A program made the translations under genes and the position numbers. Positions 62,601 through 64,000 of a stretch of DNA of 64,000 nucleotides are shown piece after piece (within the stretch, counting starts at the first letter, position 1; the number at the start of each line of letters is the position of its first letter). The stretch comes from Tricharina praecox (taxonomy: Eukaryota): NCBI RefSeq assembly GCF_024521635.1, contig NW_026250414.1, forward strand, positions 558,001 to 622,000. Reading direction: 5' to 3'. The notes beneath the pieces were generated by a model. The model was not told the DNA's origin, did no database searches, and saw only the letters and a list, made by a program, of their open reading frames with translations.

Positions 62601-64000
62601 AGCACGATGTCGATTGAAGTGGGGAAGCCGGGGCTAACTAAGGTACGTAGTGGTAGAGAACTACCGTAGCGGAGACTTTGAAACCAAAGAGTCTTACCTT
62701 TAGCACTGGATATGCCCGCTTGAGCTTGGCGATCCATGGTCTGCTCGCAATCAAAGGAACTCCGTAGATGGAATTTTGTAGCAGCAACCTGTAAGAAGTT
62801 TATGTTGCCCCCCCACCACCTCCCGAATCTCGATGTTGGCCAGTGGGGAGGAGGAGGGGGGCCAACTACTGGAGTTTATGTAGTATGTAGGCCCTGGGTT
62901 TCATCGAGGTAAGTCGTAGCCTTGTTGTGGCAGGTGTATGGTACATAGGCTCTCGGCTGTTCTCGTGGGGGATAGTTAATAGTTAGTCCCGGTGTTCCCG
63001 GAGCAGCAGCACGAGGAAACTTGGAAGCGAGCCCCGTCGAGTCGTCAACTGCTGGCCCGACCCCTCAAAGCCGCTCCACGAGCGATCCGGAGGTGGAAGG
63101 TGCGTGCCGAGGCACGGCGATCTGTAAGCCCGGCAAATGGGAGTCGAGCGGCTTGCGTAAGCTGAGTGTGGGATTGTATTACTATGGATACTCGCATCTC
63201 GAGCAGATCTGTAGCCTCCGACGATCGAAAATTCAGCTAGATGATTCGAACTCGCTGATTCGGACCGTGTTTGTGGTATAGGAGGCTGGTATGCATAAGA
63301 GGAAACGCTACTCTGATCCGTAAACTTGAACAGCCGAATGAGCGTGGCGGATTTCGGCCCCACAATATGGCTACATGAGTACTATAGCTAATCGGCCTAT
63401 ACATTTTAACGGTACTTTACTCTACCGAGGGACGCCGAGTGCCTGCTGCAACTATATAAAACATGGTGAGGCCAACCGCTGTGGCTCCTTGTCCAAGCAA
63501 TAATGTCGGCTAGTATCATCCATAGTACATGGATGATGTGGGGTAGGCATCCATACTTGAGTACTATAGTAGCAGCTAGTTTGACACACCCAAAGATGCA
63601 GTTGTTTGCCCGACGGTTTCTGGGCGATAACCTGTAGTACTTATACCAGGTACCTGGGGCCCATGCCCCGTCCCACATGTGTTGCCGACATTTACGGCTT
63701 ACATGCAGCACATACATACATGACGACTTCAACTCTTCGGAAATCAACCTCGCCTACCAATGCTGCTACTTGTATAGTACTACCTCGATTACTCTACCGG
63801 CATCACACTCGATAACGTCGGGTTCGAACACACATGGGCGTCCTGCCTCGGGCGGGAGACGGAGGTAGTGGGGAGGACTGGAAGCCGGCGAATGCCCTCG
63901 CAGCGGCTATTGCGATAGCGAAAGGTCGGGCCGCCGGACTCAACGCGTATCCGAAGCAGGGCTTCATACCGCCCAATTTTGTCAAGGGCTATGTGGCAGA

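Overview
This is eukaryotic DNA from a filamentous ascomycete: short GT..AG introns carry CTAAC/CTGAC branch sites, and a Pezizomycetes-like origin is inference only. About 16 protein-coding genes are supportable: a ferritin-like (Rds1-type) secreted protein, three Zn2Cys6 transcription factors (an AflR-like type, an STB5-like type, a PPR1/UaY-like type), a LaeA-like SAM methyltransferase, mitochondrial Hsp78, a stand-alone patatin phospholipase, Sfh1, a signal-peptide/multi-TM ankyrin protein, a Ser/Pro-rich orphan with a Cys cluster, Gpi16, an MFS transporter, a C2H2 protein, a small RING-like protein, a fungal-type kinase and Cpd1. There is also one intron-containing tRNA-Leu(CAA). The most unusual structures are non-coding: (i) a diverged three-copy tandem array (~25.6-28.9 kb) of a convergent intergenic region in which each copy keeps the last 21 codons and stop of the STB5-like gene in frame; (ii) two diverged inverted copies of a ~250 bp sequence in a gene-free, tandem-repeat-rich 5.7 kb gap; (iii) a ~960 bp TIR-bounded non-coding element; (iv) a Gag-like relic. 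I cannot demonstrate a new biological system from sequence alone. Gene names come from motif recognition, not from database searches.
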